A stretch of 63,903 bases of DNA, the filler included, from Octopus bimaculoides (lineage: Eukaryota), in assembly GCF_001194135.2 (NCBI RefSeq). It is 10 parts of 9 records of this genome, joined end to end, with 100 filler letters (N's around TTAATTAATTAA, not from the genome) between each part and the next. Parts side by side here need not be neighbours in the genome. Positions count along the whole stretch, not along the records: positions 46,440 to 51,192 come from NC_068984.1; positions 51,293 to 55,756 come from NC_068993.1; positions 55,857 to 61,371 come from NC_068993.1; 7 more parts are not named here. One strand, 5' to 3'. The notes beneath the pieces were generated by a model. The model did no database searches. It was not told the DNA's origin and saw nothing but the letters and a program-made list of their open reading frames with translations. Below are positions 46,440-58,092 of the stretch, in pieces; the first letter of the stretch is position 1, and every line of letters begins with the position of its first letter. Position numbers and translations under genes: made by a program.

Positions 46440-47250
46440 ATATATATAGTTCTGGATTATGTTTATGGATGATGAAAGTGACATTGTCAGGCCATTTTGA
46501 TTTGAAATGACCAGGATGGCCTCACTTGGCGTGTATAAGTATATGGTAATGAGATATATATGGCTAGATGGAGAAGAAACGTTATGGAGGATTTCTACCG
46601 AACTTGTGCATTGTAAATCTGGAGGATTGACTGTATATAGTGCATTTTGTAAATGTAGTAGAAATTCACTGAGGGAGGTGAGCTTACAGACTCTGTGATA
46701 CGCAAATGATCTTTTTGATTCATTGATGCTAGTCTTGCTTGGGTTAAGCACCAGTTGTAGGCTGCGTTGTAGCCTTTACTGTGAAAGCACATCTTAGTGT
46801 GAAGTGTATATTGAAAATTGGTGTTTGAGAACTGGTTGTATGAATGCTGAAAAAGGATGTGGCAAAGTGGATGTTTTCAGCTACTTGTCTCAGTTGAAGC
46901 GAATTTCCTGCTAAGATTAATTGTAAAGCTAGCGAAGTTCCTGACTAATTAGCTGACATGAGGGGGTAATAGGTTCGGGAAGGTAGGAAGGTGTCTATAG
47001 GTGTGGTGGGTAATAGTAATTTAACAGAGTTCGATAAGTAAAGAAACGATGATGGTTTTGAGAAAGAGATCAAGGGTATTCAGAGTGTTTGTGTCGATCG
47101 AGAATACGTGTATGGAATTGTATCAAGTGATTCTATTCCCGTTTGCATTCTTAAACAAATTAAAAGCATTCATTCTCTATACTGAAATTTTTAGCAATAT
47201 ATTCTGGAAAAGGATTAAAATATGTTATAGGAATTCAGTGTAAGTGTATA
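46440..47250 (-). mobile_element. Degraded retroelement-like sequence, possibly a Penelope pLTR / ORF N-terminus
   Basis: Weak, frameshift-dependent resemblance only (HFTLRCAF...KG; KRE*NHLIQFH). Confidence 0.25.
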
Positions 47251-48499
47251 AAAAATTACTAGGAGGAATTAATGGCAACAAGTATTTTACCAACAAGGAT
47301 TCTATGCGAAGACTTTAAATATTTCAGTTAGAACAAAATGTATTTACTATCATGAAAATTGATGATAATCAAAAATTCTTGTTTTGGGTTTGGCACGAAA
47401 ATTACTGATTGTTTATCGTTCACTACTAAATTGACATGTTTGATTTACATTAGATATCTATCAGTCTTAATGAAAACCATATTAAATTAAATAACAATGC
47501 ATTCCTTCTGGTGACTACATGATGTCGAGATATGCTGTACAACGTACGATCGTGAATTTTTCAACTTCAACACGTACAATATTTTTTACTTTTTATGTTC
47601 TAAGGCTGTTGTCTTTTTATGTTTTAAGTGACTGTTGTCTTTGCCGACTTTCTTAAAATGAAAACTTATTTTACACTTATAGATCAAATACCCTATATTT
47701 ATCGATTTACATCTCAATAACCAATAAGGAAGTCCATATGTTGTTGCACGCCCTGCTAGAAATAGCAGATAATTTCCTTCGTATCAAAGCCAACCATTTC
47801 AAAAAGATGGAGGACATGTTGGTTGATAATTCTACACAGTGTCTGGAAATAAGTCTGGATGATCACAACTTAATGCATGTCATAGGTCTTAAACGATCAC
47901 AGACGTCTTGGAGCCACACAACGATAGGGTTAAGCAAACACACACACGCACATACACACGCGCGCACACACAGGCACATACACGCGCGCACGCGCGCACG
48001 CAAGTACGCAAGTACGCACGCACAAATAAACACATACAAGACATGAGACAACTTAAGCGGAAACCTTAGATAGTGAGATTCTCATTATTTTCTCAAATAA
48101 TTGGAAGATCCAATAGATGACGAATAAATTCCACATATAGTAATGGCGATGTCATAGCATGACCACAGCTATTGGCTGAAACCGTTAGGAAAATATTATA
48201 GAGGTACAGTAGATTGACGGAACAATGATGTATACCTAATCAACGAAGTATCTTCTATGTGGTTCTTTGACCTGCTAGTAGTTGTAGCCAAATCCCTGTC
48301 AAATAATCCTCACCTCTGTCTTAAATAAAGGAAAAGAGCTACATTAAATGGTGTAGTCTTAGAAAGAATGTATCACTAAATGCAGAATTGCCATGATTGG
48401 AACGCCTCTGCGATAGATTTACTCTAAATCAGTGGTCCTCGACTGGGGTTCGTATGACCTTTGGTGGGGATGTCCATATAAAATTTTTGGTTATAATGT

Positions 48500-48790
48500 T
48501 GTGGTTGTTGGCAATCCGTCGCTTACGACGTCGAGGGTTCCAGTTGATCCGATCAACGGAACAGCCTGCTCGTGAAATTAACGTGCAAGTGGCTGAGCAC
48601 TCCACAGACACGTGTACCCTTAACGTAGTTTTCGGGGATATTCAGCATGACACAGTGTGACAAGGCTGACCCTTTGAATTACAGGCACAACAGAAACAGG
48701 AAGTAAGAGTGAGAGAAAGCTGTGGTGAAAGAGTACAGCAGGGTTCGCCACCATCCCCTGCCGGAGCCTCGTGGAGCTTTAGGTGTTTTC
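48500..48790 (-). mobile_element. SINE family A (head in gap)
   Basis: gagggttccagttgatccgatcaacggaacagcctgctcgtgaaattaacgtgcaagtggctgagcactccacagacacgtgtaccctt. Confidence 0.85.
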
Positions 48791-49629
48791 NNNNNNNNNN
48801 NNNNNNNNNNNNNNNNNNNNNNNNNNNNNNNNNNNNNNNNNNNNNNNNNNNNNNNNNNNNNNNNNNNNNNNNNNNNNNNNNNNNNNNNNNNNNNNNNNNN
48901 NNNNNNNNNNNNNNNNNNNNNNNNNNNNNNNNNNNNNNNNNNNNNNNNNNNNNNNNNNNNNNNNNNNNNNNNNNNNNNNNNNNNNNNNNNNNNNNNNNNN
49001 NNNNNNNNNNNNNNNNNNNNNNNNNNNNNNNNNNNNNNNNNNNNNNNNNNNNNNNNNNNNNNNNNNNNNNNNNNNNNNNNNNNNNNNNNNNNNNNNNNNN
49101 NNNNNNNNNNNNNNNNNNNNNNNNNNNNNNNNNNNNNNNNNNNNNNNNNNNNNNNNNNNNNNNNNNNNNNNNNNNNNNNNNNNNNNNNNNNNNNNNNNNN
49201 NNNNNNNNNNNNNNNNNNNNNNNNNNNNNNNNNNNNNNNCATACACACTAGAAAATTTATAAAAACCTAATTTACATGCACGCACACATACACACTTACA
49301 CACACAAACATGCACACATACACCTGCACACACATATATGCACAACACACTGTTCATAAGCCACTGAAGGAGCCTCTTTGCAGTTCACTCACACTATTAG
49401 AAATACGTACCAAATATCAACAACTAGATTTTCCACAAATAACATCCCAATCTCTTAATATGAGAATGACATGATATATTACATTGTCACAGATTATGTC
49501 TAGAAAGATGGTATGACTTGGCTAGAACGCCTTTCATCATAGGTCTATGCATTCAGAGCTAACGTGTACACACACACACACACATACACACTCACACACA
49601 CACACACATATACACATACACACACACAG

Positions 49630-49667
<38 letters not shown>

Positions 49668-50164
49668 GGAGAGAGAGAGTATAAAAGGGATAAGTTATCC
49701 TGGCGGATACCGTATTATCTCTCTAACTGGTTTAGATGCCGGCTATCCACAACGGTCTATTATAAAGAAGTTTTCGGATGTGAATAAAATCTTCACTCTC
49801 TTCTTCGTTATCAACGTTATATATATNNNNNNNNNNNNNNNNNNNNNNNNNNNNNNNNNNNNNNNNNNNNNNNNNNNNNNNNNNNNNNNNNNNNNNNNNN
49901 NNNNNNNNNNNNNNNNNNNNNNNNNNNNNNNNNNNNNNNNNNNNNNNNNNNNNNNNNNNNNNNNNNNNNNNNNNNNNNNNNNNNNNNNNNNNNNNNNNNN
50001 NNNNNNNNNNNNNNNNNNNNNNNNNNNNNNNNNNNNNNNNNNNNNNNNNNNNNNNNNNNNNNNNNNNNNNNNNNNNNNNNNNNNNNNNNNNNNNNNNNNN
50101 NNNNNNNNNNNNNNNNNNNNNNNNNNNNNNNNNNNNNNNNTATATATATATATATATATATATA

Positions 50165-50960
50165 TGTGCGAATAAAAATCCAAACTTAGGGAATGGAGTA
50201 GGTAAAATCCAGGTTGCATAAGTTTCCTGGCTAGCAGAATCTCGGAAGTAGTAATTACTCAATGAGAAGTACTCCACTAGCTACTCATCAGGCTAAAGAT
50301 TCCTTAGTCAAATGAAGGTTACATTGTCGTCAAGGGATCCTAAGTTAACTCGCAGAAGATTTGATCGAAAATGCATGGAAAGCAAAGGCGAGAGAACAAA
50401 AAATGAATGCATGTGTATGAAGAAATAATGTATGGGAGTGGGAAAATGTCTAAAGTTGTTAAGAAAAAGAATTAGAATAAGAATAAAGAAAAGGAGAGGG
50501 AGAAGAGTACGGGGGAAACATTTTGGCAGCATTGAAGCTCGCTATGGGAAGGTCGTTGTGAATTTAAGCTGGGGTCATTTACTGTGTCAACTGTAAAATA
50601 AATAAATAGACATATTGTGGAATCCTGTAAATACATTTAAGCAGAGTCAGAGAAAAATAAAAAATAAAAATATCAGGAGAGAAAGAGAAGATATAGGAGT
50701 GGTAGTAAATTAGAATTCGTTTGGAGAAAGAGGAAGAAAGAGCGGGAGATGGGAGATATAGTTTCTGGTTGATAGGGGAACATTGTATTTCTAGGTAGGT
50801 TGGTACTTTATGACTTAACAGTAAGACAATACAGTCGCATGTTAGCGCGCACGCACGTATTTTTCTGCCAGTAGGACTCGAATTTATAACTCCTGTAGGC
50901 ATGAAACGAATTCTGCCATTGGACTAAAACTTCCCTTCGAAATTTCTTATCCATTTAGGA
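50165..50960 (-). mobile_element. Penelope-like 3' end / pseudo-LTR with a hammerhead-like core
   Basis: Minus strand: LQEL*IR then (frameshift) ESYWQK, like the GIY-YIG C-terminal RESYW motif; downstream CUGAUGA (50291-50285) ... GAAAC (50226-50222). Confidence 0.45.
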
Positions 50961-51292
50961 AGCCTTATGTGCCTTGAGAGCCAATTCCAAAGAAAGAATA
51001 ATTTTGGATTCTTTTGGAAGTTTATAAATTTCTATGATGTCAACAATATACATGTATGTATGTATGTATGTATGTATGTATGTATGTATGTATGTATGTA
51101 TGTATGTATGTATGTATGTATGCATGCATGTATGTATGTATGTATGTATGTATGTATGTATGTATGTATGTATGTATGCGTGTATATATATANNNNNNNN
51201 NNNNNNNNNNNNNNNNNNNNNNNNNNNNNNNNNNNNTTAATTAATTAANNNNNNNNNNNNNNNNNNNNNNNNNNNNNNNNNNNNNNNNNNNN

Positions 51293-51329
<37 letters not shown>

Positions 51330-51330
51330 T

Positions 51331-51362
<32 letters not shown>

Positions 51363-51813
51363 CACATTCGTGTGTGTATATATATATAAATATATTTGAA
51401 TAGAAACGTCTGTGTATATATACACATTCATGTGTATGCATTTGTATACACACATTCATTGTGTACCTGTACATTGACATATATCTACATGTTCCTGTTC
51501 ATACAGACACATGCACACGTGTGAGTATTTGCAAGTATATACATAGACACATACCTATCACTTCGAAACTCCCCAATTCCCCGCCGCCATCGCCACCACC
51601 ACCAACCACCACCACCGACACACATACACACTAATCTTTATCGTGCGTAGCCAATATAATCCATCAAATTTGCCTAGAGACCACCACCACTACAGCGATG
51701 ATCACCACCACCACAGCCACCACAACCACGGCGTATACGGCGACTGCGGTGACAGCGGCGGCGATGACACTGGCAAAAATTCCTTCCCATGAATCTTCTA
51801 CGCAGGGATATGC

Positions 51814-51872
51814 TGAGTCACGAACTGGCCTGAAAACCCTTGTGACGGCGTCATGTGTCACGTGCTCACGCG
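51814..51872. promoter_or_regulatory. Dense bZIP/bHLH motif cluster
   Basis: TGAGTCA 51814-51820, TGACGgCGTCA 51843-51853, CATGTG 51852-51857, CACGTG 51859-51864, CACGCG 51867-51872. Confidence 0.4.
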
Positions 51873-52279
51873 ACGGTTCTTCTCCCAAACCTCCTCACCC
51901 TTCTCCCTCTCAACGCTCAAGTCTTTTTTTCTTTCTCCTACACTTTCATTCTCTTTATCATAATGCCTCTATATACGTAAATACATATTCCCCCCCACAT
52001 ACATACATATATATAAGTGTGTATGTATCCATGCAAACATACATACGTATCCGTCGACATGTAGGTGTATATATATATAATTGATTTTATAATGAGGTTT
52101 AATGGAACCCATTTACATGACATAGAGTATAGTTGCGAGTCACATGAAGCGATCGAGTTGTTTGGTAAGTGCGTTTGCACTTGTGCCAAAGACGCTTGTG
52201 CCACCGTAACTCCTCTGCTAATAACACGATATTCTCAAATTCATCTACGGAGTTCTGCTTCCCGTTTTGAAATGCAGAA

Positions 52280-52317
<38 letters not shown>

Positions 52318-52432
52318 CGAGGGAGAGAGACAGAGGAGAGCGTATATGACTTCTATCAAATAGGCTTTTATTCTAGTTTTTACGTGTTATATTTTATAGC
52401 TGTATCTGCTTCGAGATTTAATGTTTCAATAA

Positions 52433-52508
<76 letters not shown>

Positions 52509-52511
52509 ATA

Positions 52512-52570
<59 letters not shown>

Positions 52571-52633
52571 ATATATATATGTGTGTGTGTGTGTATATAT
52601 GTGTGTGTGTGTGTGTGTGTGTATGTGTGTATA

Positions 52634-52683
<50 letters not shown>

Positions 52684-52703
52684 NNNNNNNNNNTGTGTGT
52701 ATA

Positions 52704-52763
<60 letters not shown>

Positions 52764-53101
52764 AAGTAGGTCAGTAGTAAGGAAAATACAAAATTAACAC
52801 AGATACTCTTCCGCCTTTATGGGTTCTGCTCCAGCATGGCCGCTGTTGTGCTTACTAAAATCAGCGCAAGAAATAACAACGGAATTATTGGTAAAATATG
52901 TTAAGATTCTTTTCTGGTTCTCTTCTTTATGCTAAAAACAAACTGACCTTTACAAGAACTAGGTCGCGGCTTTTCTTGAATCGAAACGTGTCAACTTATT
53001 TTCGAGTTTTTTTATTTTATTTTTGTTCTTTACTTTTGTTTTGTCTTTGTCATTTATTTATTTATTTACTTATTTATTTTAATAATCTGTGTCACTAGTC
53101 G

Positions 53102-53315
53102 AAGGCGGCAATTTGGCAGAATCGTTAGCACGCCGGACGAAATGCTTAGCGGAATTTCGTCCGTCTTTACGTTCCGAGTTCAAATTCCGCCGAGGTCGAC
53201 TTTTGCCTTTCATCCTTTCGGGGTCGATAAAATAAGTACCAGCTGAGTACTAGGGTTGATCTAATCAAATTACCCCCTCCTCCGAAGTTGCTGGCCCTTT
53301 ACCGAAATCTGAAAC
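53102..53315 (+). mobile_element. SINE family B, full-length
   Basis: aaggcggcaatttggcagaatcgttagcacgccggacgaaatgcttagc...gagttcaaattccgccgaggtcgac...ggggtcgataaaataagtaccag. Confidence 0.85.
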
Positions 53316-54519
53316 CACGGACTAAGTCGTTTGAAAATCTGTATCATACTTAAACCAGAACCCGTCAAACTTCACCATGGGTTTCCGATAAACAGAACAC
53401 ATAACTGAAATTTAACTGAAAATGTACTTAAATTTCACTGCGAAATTTAACTTCCATGGTTTTTCTGATAATGAAGTAGAATTGGCATTCTGGAAACGAA
53501 GTAGAACTGGTGTTTTCTGCAGATTACGTTGCCTCAATAAACTTGAAATATCTCAACACAGAATACTTTGAAACATTCCTCAACAAAAGTTAGATTCATA
53601 TGTAAAACCGCTTCCTGTAGTTCAGAGTAATAAAATTCTGAAAGGATATACCTGCTATCCGCACTGAAAGGGTTCAAGAATATAATACAATAAAATAAGA
53701 CAAAATGAAATAAAATAAAATTGGTTGGCTGCCTTCAACTGGAATCAGTCTCTGACAGCGTTTACCGAATTTTATTCATAGAATTTTCATTTATCTCAAA
53801 ATCTTCATTAAACCCATTTTTAAAGGTGATAACTTCAAAATAATGATAATTCTTTTTAAATTTGGTTGAGGGTTAGCAGTTTTGAAAGGGGTTTTTTAAG
53901 CGGTTTTAAAAGGGGTTTAAGTTGATTGTATCAACCCCAGTGTTCAACATAGTACTTTAATCTGGCGAATCCATCGTCCTTTTTGAAATAATTATGTAAA
54001 TTATATTTCTTGCTTCCTTTTGGAGTATAAAAAAATAGTCAGTTTAATCAGCCTCAGTGTTTGACTGGTTCCTTCTTTCCCCTCCCTTTTTTTGTTGCCA
54101 TATGCCCTAAAGCTAAAAGGGAATGTCAAGACTTTGTTCCGATTAGAACGTTGCATGCTATAAGTTGTAACAAAATACTGCAGGACGCTCCCCTCCCCCG
54201 CCGCCACTTATGCTAATTCGTCGTCCTAGCAATGATGAGCATTAATTAAATAATGGACTTCATTACTGTTGTTAATTAGGTCGACTTTGCTTCTCAGTAT
54301 AACAAAACCATTCTTTTGCCGAAGGGGATCATAGAGTGGGGTTCGCATTAAATTAATTTTGACTTAATGATTTAATATAACTCATGTTGTGTCATCCAAA
54401 ATGAATTTCTGTTCCTTTACTAACGATATATCGGGGTTCATATATATATATATATATAGTCAGTTATATTGATACTTAGCTATAGCTGTTATTATATACC
54501 CACAACTGAGATAAAACAT

Positions 54520-55050
54520 CGTTTTGATTACATCGATCCAGATGTCAAATAAGTCAGCGTCAAATCAGCAACGCCAAGACAGCTGCGCCAAAGCGTCTCC
54601 TATCCGACTCCTCAATATTATAAGGACATTCACAGTTTCTAAATGCTCCGTGACATCTTGTAGTTCCCTGCAGCGTTTTTGGATTGAGTCTTCTTTGAGT
54701 ATGAAACCCAAATTGGATCTTCCAAGGATCTTCATTAGATTGCCTAGAGGATGTTGATGGCGCTGGATTAATGGGGAGACGGGGACGGGTTGCTTAATTC
54801 GGTGTTAAAGGCTCTCTCTTGTTTCCTTGGATGCTTTAAGTGCTCGACATGGATTTAGGGATTCAAGTTTATTGCGAAAGTTTGTCACAAATACAGATTC
54901 CTTTACCTTTTTCGCTTCCTCACTCTTTTGTGAATTGTTCACTCTCAATACAAACAGAATATTGGTTTTCCTCTCGTATTCCAAGGATCGGATAAATCTC
55001 ATGTTAAATATAGTTTCAAACTTCTTCGTGCCTTTCTTTTTCGTCATTGG
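54520..55050 (-). mobile_element. Degraded coding-like sequence, possibly a Penelope ORF N-terminal region
   Basis: About 165 codons in one frame with two stops (FIRSLEYERK...NKLESL...MKILGRSNLGFI); family assignment tentative. Confidence 0.3.
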
Positions 55051-55137
55051 CTTTTACACCAGCCCTGCTTCGTCTTCATACGGTTTGTATTTATATGTGG
55101 CGTATAGATGTGAGTATATACGATGTATGTGAATATA

Positions 55138-55377
55138 GGCGCAGGAGTGGTTGTGTGGTAAGTAGCTTGCTTACCAACCACATGGTTCCGGGTTCGTTCT
55201 CATTGTATGACTCCTTGGGCAAGTGTCTTCTACTATAGCCTCGGGCCGACCAAAGCCTTGTGAGTGGATTTGGTAGACGGAAACTGAAAGAAGCCCGTAT
55301 GTGTGTGTGTATGTTTGTGTGTGTTTATTCCCCCACAATCGCTTGACAACCGATGTTGGTGAGTTTACGTCCCCTTA
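55138..55377 (+). mobile_element. SINE family C, 3'-truncated
   Basis: ggcgcaggagtggttgtgtggtaagtagcttgc...gacggaaactgaaagaagcccgt-(TG)n-gcttgacaaccgatgttgg. Confidence 0.85.
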
Positions 55378-55856
55378 AGGCCTACCTGTACATCTTCCTT
55401 CGCACCCATTTTCAGAGTCAACATACGACGACCTGCCTTCACCTACGATCCAATATCAGTTACGCAGGTTTACTCTTTGACAGTTCCGGAAGAATACCAG
55501 CTTTTTTTATTGGTCTCTTGTGATCTGAACTCCTATAACAAGGATTTCCACATCCAAATAATACAAATGCCATAATCTGCCCTGTGTGTGTGTGTGTGTG
55601 TGTGTGTATATACAATAGAAGACTTTTGTGCTTTCGTCCAAAATGGAGATGAACACTATTCCTCCATATGACCGGCTTGAAAAATTATTAAGATATTCTT
55701 CTTAACATGAAACCAATGGTAGCCTTAATACACAAATAAAGAAATTTTATCCACCANNNNNNNNNNNNNNNNNNNNNNNNNNNNNNNNNNNNNNNNNNNN
55801 TTAATTAATTAANNNNNNNNNNNNNNNNNNNNNNNNNNNNNNNNNNNNNNNNNNNN

Positions 55857-55888
<32 letters not shown>

Positions 55889-55890
<2 letters not shown>

Positions 55891-56770
55891 TAGATGATGT
55901 ACCCGGTAATTCCCGGGAAAGCTTGGTTCCGTTCTCATAATTGTTTCGCTAATCCAGTAAAAACAATACAAAATATGTAGCCCTTAAAACGGTTTTTGTG
56001 CATTTACAGAGAACAGCCAACTGTCTTACACAGGATCTTGTTTGTAGGAATTCCCAATAAGTTATGAATACCCAAGTTGTGAAGTCAGTTATGAAATTAG
56101 TTACCCAAAAGTGCTTTAATGCGTTCCCAGTGTATATAGAACTTAGGAAAAATGCTAATAAGGTATATATACTAAAATTGTGAAGCCTGTTACGTAATAA
56201 CAGGCTAATCAGATATGAGATAATAACAATTCCAAGTAAATAACTCTTAAAAGGGGTTTTGTACGTTCCTAGAGAATATTACCCTCAGCAGCGCTAGTGT
56301 TGGTATATTCGTGAATAAGTCCCTAACCGAAATAAGTGGATCTATTGTTTAAGAAAATACTATTTACTTGTTTAAGGGTCGTACTGGATAAANNNNNNNN
56401 NNTAAGTCCCTAACCGAAATAAGTGGATCTATTGTTTAAGAAAATACTATTTACTTGTTTAAGGGTCGTACTGGATAAATTGCGAAAATAACTCTTACAG
56501 TTCAAATACTAAGAAATAAGCATAATCAATTTGATTTATACCAAATAATTTAGGAAAATGAGTGGGTCATTTCCATTGGTTATATATAAGGATCCCTTCC
56601 AGGCCCCCTATAATCGATGTTTTTCAACAATCTAAGTATGCCATGAGATTTCCAGACATGAGTTTTACTCGCGTGTCAAGTTTCATCAAAATCGATAAAA
56701 CGATGTAGGAGGAGTTAGCTAACAACTCCACAAAAACTCCCACAGACAGAATTTCCCACATATGTAGTAT
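55889..56770. mobile_element. Helentron/HINE (Helitron2-type) non-autonomous element
   Basis: Starts actag...cccgg-taattc-ccggg (subterminal hairpin) and ends aagtttcatcaaaatcgat...aggaggagtt...acagacagaattt...tagtat, inside (TA)n; 70-bp duplication across a 10-N gap. Confidence 0.55.
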
Positions 56771-57305
56771 ATATATATATATATATATATATATANNNNN
56801 NNNNNNNNNNNNNNNNNNNNNNNNNNNNNNNNNNNNNNNNNNNNNNNNNNNNNNNNNNNNNNNNNNNNNNNNNNNNNNNNNNNNNNNNNNNNNNNNNNNN
56901 NNNNNNNNNNNNNNNNNNNNNNNNNNNNNNNNNNNNNNNNNNNNNNNNNNNNNNNNNNNNNNNNNNNNNNNNNNNNNNNNNNNNNNNNNNNNNNNNNNNN
57001 NNNNNNNNNNNNNNNNNNNNNNNNNNNNNNNNNNNNNNNNNNNNNNNNNNNNNNNNNNNNNNNNNNNNNNNNNNNNNNNNNNNNNNNNNNNNNNNNNNNN
57101 NNNNNNNNNNNNNNNNNNNNNNNNNNNNNNNNNNNNNNNNNNNNNNNNNNNNNNNNNNNNNNNNNNNNNNNNNNNNNNNNNNNNNNNNNNNNNNNNNNNN
57201 NNNNNNNNNNNNNNNNNNNNNNNNNNNNNNNNNNNNNNNNNNNNNNNNNNNNNNNNNNNNNNNNNNNNNNNNNNNNNNNNNNNNNNNNNNNNNNNNNNNN
57301 GGCTC

Positions 57306-57343
<38 letters not shown>

Positions 57344-57535
57344 TGTGCTTAAGAGGAAGAAAGCAATTCTAAAATTCAACGCAGTATAATTGAAATAGAG
57401 AAGATGCAATATCGTCTTCCCAGCTATCTTCCCCAGACATGAAAGATTCATGTTAAGATTATTTCGGGTATTTGCATTCAATTAGGACATGCATTGAATG
57501 CCTTGCATTCAAGCAGGAAACGATGCTAATATCTT

Positions 57536-57582
<47 letters not shown>

Positions 57583-57704
57583 GTATATATCTACCATCTA
57601 TCTATCTATTCTATTTGTCTATCTGTCTGTCTATTTGTTTGTATGCCTATTTTACGTACGTATTCTTTCTGTCTTTTCTTTATATCTTTCTTTCTTTCTT
57701 GTGT

Positions 57705-57870
57705 ATCTACGTCCCCGTAACGTAGCGGTTCGGCAAAAAAAGGATGGTAAAATAAGTGCTAGGCTTTTAAAAAGAAAAGTGCTTGGGTCGATTCATTCGC
57801 CAAGAAATTCAGCAAGGCGGTGCCCCAGTATGACCACAGTCTAATGACTGTAACAAGTAAAAATAAAAAG
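57705..57870 (+). mobile_element. SINE family C, 3' half
   Basis: tacgtccccgtaacgtagcggttcggcaaaa...ggcggtgccccagtatgaccacagtctaatgactgtaacaagtaaaa. Confidence 0.75.
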
Positions 57871-57971
57871 ATAGTATCATATAATATTGGCCTCCATTTG
57901 CGATATTAAAAAATATCTCCACAACCAGCTACCAAATCAGCAAACATGTAAATGCTATCCCCCGTCACATG

Positions 57972-58092
57972 TATAAGAGTGGGGGTGCTGAAAGGTCCAT
58001 GGCTGTGGGAAAATAAAATACAGGAGGATCAATTAATTATGATTTAATTCAACATATTCCACCCCCTTGGGTTCACACACTCATTGCAGCGG
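57972..58092 (+). mobile_element. Tc1/mariner-type terminal fragment
   Basis: gggggtgctgaaaggtccatggc...aaaatacaggaggatcaattaattatgatttaattcaacatattcc...cacacactcattgcagcgg resembles mariner TIR/subterminal sequence; no partner end seen. Confidence 0.4.
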
